NCBI GenBank assembly: GCA_958295925.1
Contig: CATQHL010000001.1
Location: 755,931-819,930 of the forward strand
Source of the DNA: an uncultured Acidimicrobiales bacterium
GTDB taxonomy: Bacteria; Actinomycetota; Acidimicrobiia; Acidimicrobiales; CATQHL01
Direction of reading: 5' to 3'
DNA length: 64,000 nucleotides
The notes under the pieces are model-generated. The model did not search any database and was not told where the DNA came from. It worked only from the letters and a program-made list of their open reading frames with translations. Below are positions 63,156 through 64,000 of this stretch, one piece after another; the stretch's first letter is position 1, and the number at the start of each line of letters is the position of its first letter. A program made the position numbers and the translations under genes.

Positions 63156-64000
63156 TCAAGACGCCACCCGTCGCAGCCACGCCGCGCTTCGCTCCACCAT
63201 CTCGTCCTCGTTCACCCCGTCGGGAAGGGTGGCTATCTCCACGCAGGCCAAGCCGTTGAAATTCGCGCCGTCAACCGCCTCCAGGCAACCTGTGAGGTCG
63301 AGGTCTCCCTCCCCCAGGGCGCAGCAAGGCCACCACCCGCCCGGGTTGCCAAAGTCGGCGTCTGCCAATAGCAGGTCTTTCACGTGCATCATCCGCACCC
63401 TCTGCGCAACTCGGCGCGTCCCCTCCAACAGGTCTTCGCCGATGCGTACGAGGTTGGCAGTGTCAAGCACTACGCCGAGTTCGACGTGGCCTTCATCCTC
63501 CACACGCTCGATGAGTTCGCAAAGGGAGTCCAGGCTCAGGGCACAGTGCGTCTCAACCGCCATCTCCACGCCCACCTCCGCCGCACGCCTGCATGCAGCA
63601 ATCACCTGTGGGACCAGTCGATCCACCACGATCGACTCCGGTTCTACCTGCCAGTGCGTATAGGTGCCCACCACAATGCGCAAGAGCCCGCATCGCGCGG
63701 CCGCTGCAACGTCCAGCGCCGCCATCAGCCCCTCCAGCGCGGCAGCCGAAGAACCCATCTGCAGCCCGCCCGGGTGCCCCCACGCCAGAACCACCTCTGT
63801 GGGGTGGGCTGCCAGCATTTCGGGCAGTTCAGGGTCGCCCATCGGCAGGTAGCAGGTCTCCAGGCTCACGCCGTCGAGTTCCAGGTCAAGGGCTCGGCGC
63901 AGCAGGTCCTCGGTGCTCCAGCGGATGCCCGGATCTTCCTCGCCTGCCCGCAACTCGCCGAAGTAGCGGTGGTAGGAGTAGCTGTCGAGACCTACGCGCA
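63156..64000 (-). CDS. xylose-isomerase-like TIM-barrel (sugar phosphate isomerase/epimerase) protein, 5' end outside the window
   Basis: The frame stays open to nt 64000 ('RVGLDSYSYHRYFGELRAGEE..' by my translation). 'VEMAVETH' and 'MHVKD' are typical of the family. Confidence 0.65.
   Translation of the reverse strand, partial: RVGLDSYSYHRYFGELRAGEEDPGIRWSTEDLLRRALDLELDGVSLETCYLPMGDPELPEMLAAHPTEVVLAWGHPGGLQMGSSAAALEGLMAALDVAAAARCGLLRIVVGTYTHWQVEPESIVVDRLVPQVIAACRRAAEVGVEMAVETHCALSLDSLCELIERVEDEGHVELGVVLDTANLVRIGEDLLEGTRRVAQRVRMMHVKDLLLADADFGNPGGWWPCCALGEGDLDLTGCLEAVDGANFNGLACVEIATLPDGVNEDEMVERSAAWLRRVAS

Overview
This is a 64-kb window of a high-GC bacterial chromosome. Hand-counted 60-nt sample lines give about 60-65% GC. 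Gene content and frequent GTG/TTG starts look actinobacterium-like, but that is inference only.

Layout:
(1) 1-491: a TetR-family gene decayed by several frameshifts.
(2) 0.54-6.36 kb: a conspicuously lower-GC accessory island. Sample lines give about 32-43% GC for 0.54-3.5 kb and about 50% for 3.5-6.3 kb. It carries a CBASS-like operon (patatin phospholipase, SMODS/CD-NTase-like nucleotidyltransferase, then an unusual SEC-C-motif protein). This operon converges on a DUF1156-type DNA methyltransferase gene that is broken at a G9 homopolymer and preceded by a G15 tract.
(3) 6.5-9.6 kb: an icmA-icmB-meaB-like B12 acyl-CoA mutase operon.
(4) 9.6-20.6 kb: an ~11-kb four-gene minus-strand operon. 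It encodes a small Gly-rich membrane protein, a 1358-aa secreted and membrane-anchored vWA protein, a 1083-aa FtsZ/tubulin-like GTPase and a 1027-aa 2-TM protein. This is my best candidate for an uncharacterised system.
(5) 20.7-39.1 kb: a CoA-dependent catabolic divergon. It contains acyl-CoA dehydrogenases, CoA ligases, a DUF35 protein plus a Cys-less thiolase-like protein, SDRs, a crotonase, a flavoprotein, and two paralogues of an unknown internally duplicated protein. A ~1-kb low-GC islet encoding a lone ImmA/IrrE peptidase interrupts it.
(6) 39.1-44.4 kb: a mosaic region with palindrome-rich repeat arrays and two AlbA_2/Schlafen-like genes, one of them translationally coupled to a ParA-like ATPase. 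It also holds a glutaminyl cyclase.
(7) 44.4-64 kb: ordinary metabolism. This includes a DinB protein, an esterase, a deoxy-sugar-type ABC uptake and catabolism cluster with rhaM, a CoA ligase, an enolase-superfamily enzyme, and E1 beta/alpha genes with a stand-alone lipoyl domain.

I recognised no rRNA, tRNA, CRISPR array, integrase or transposase. All domain calls come from motif reading of the supplied translations. No database search was run.
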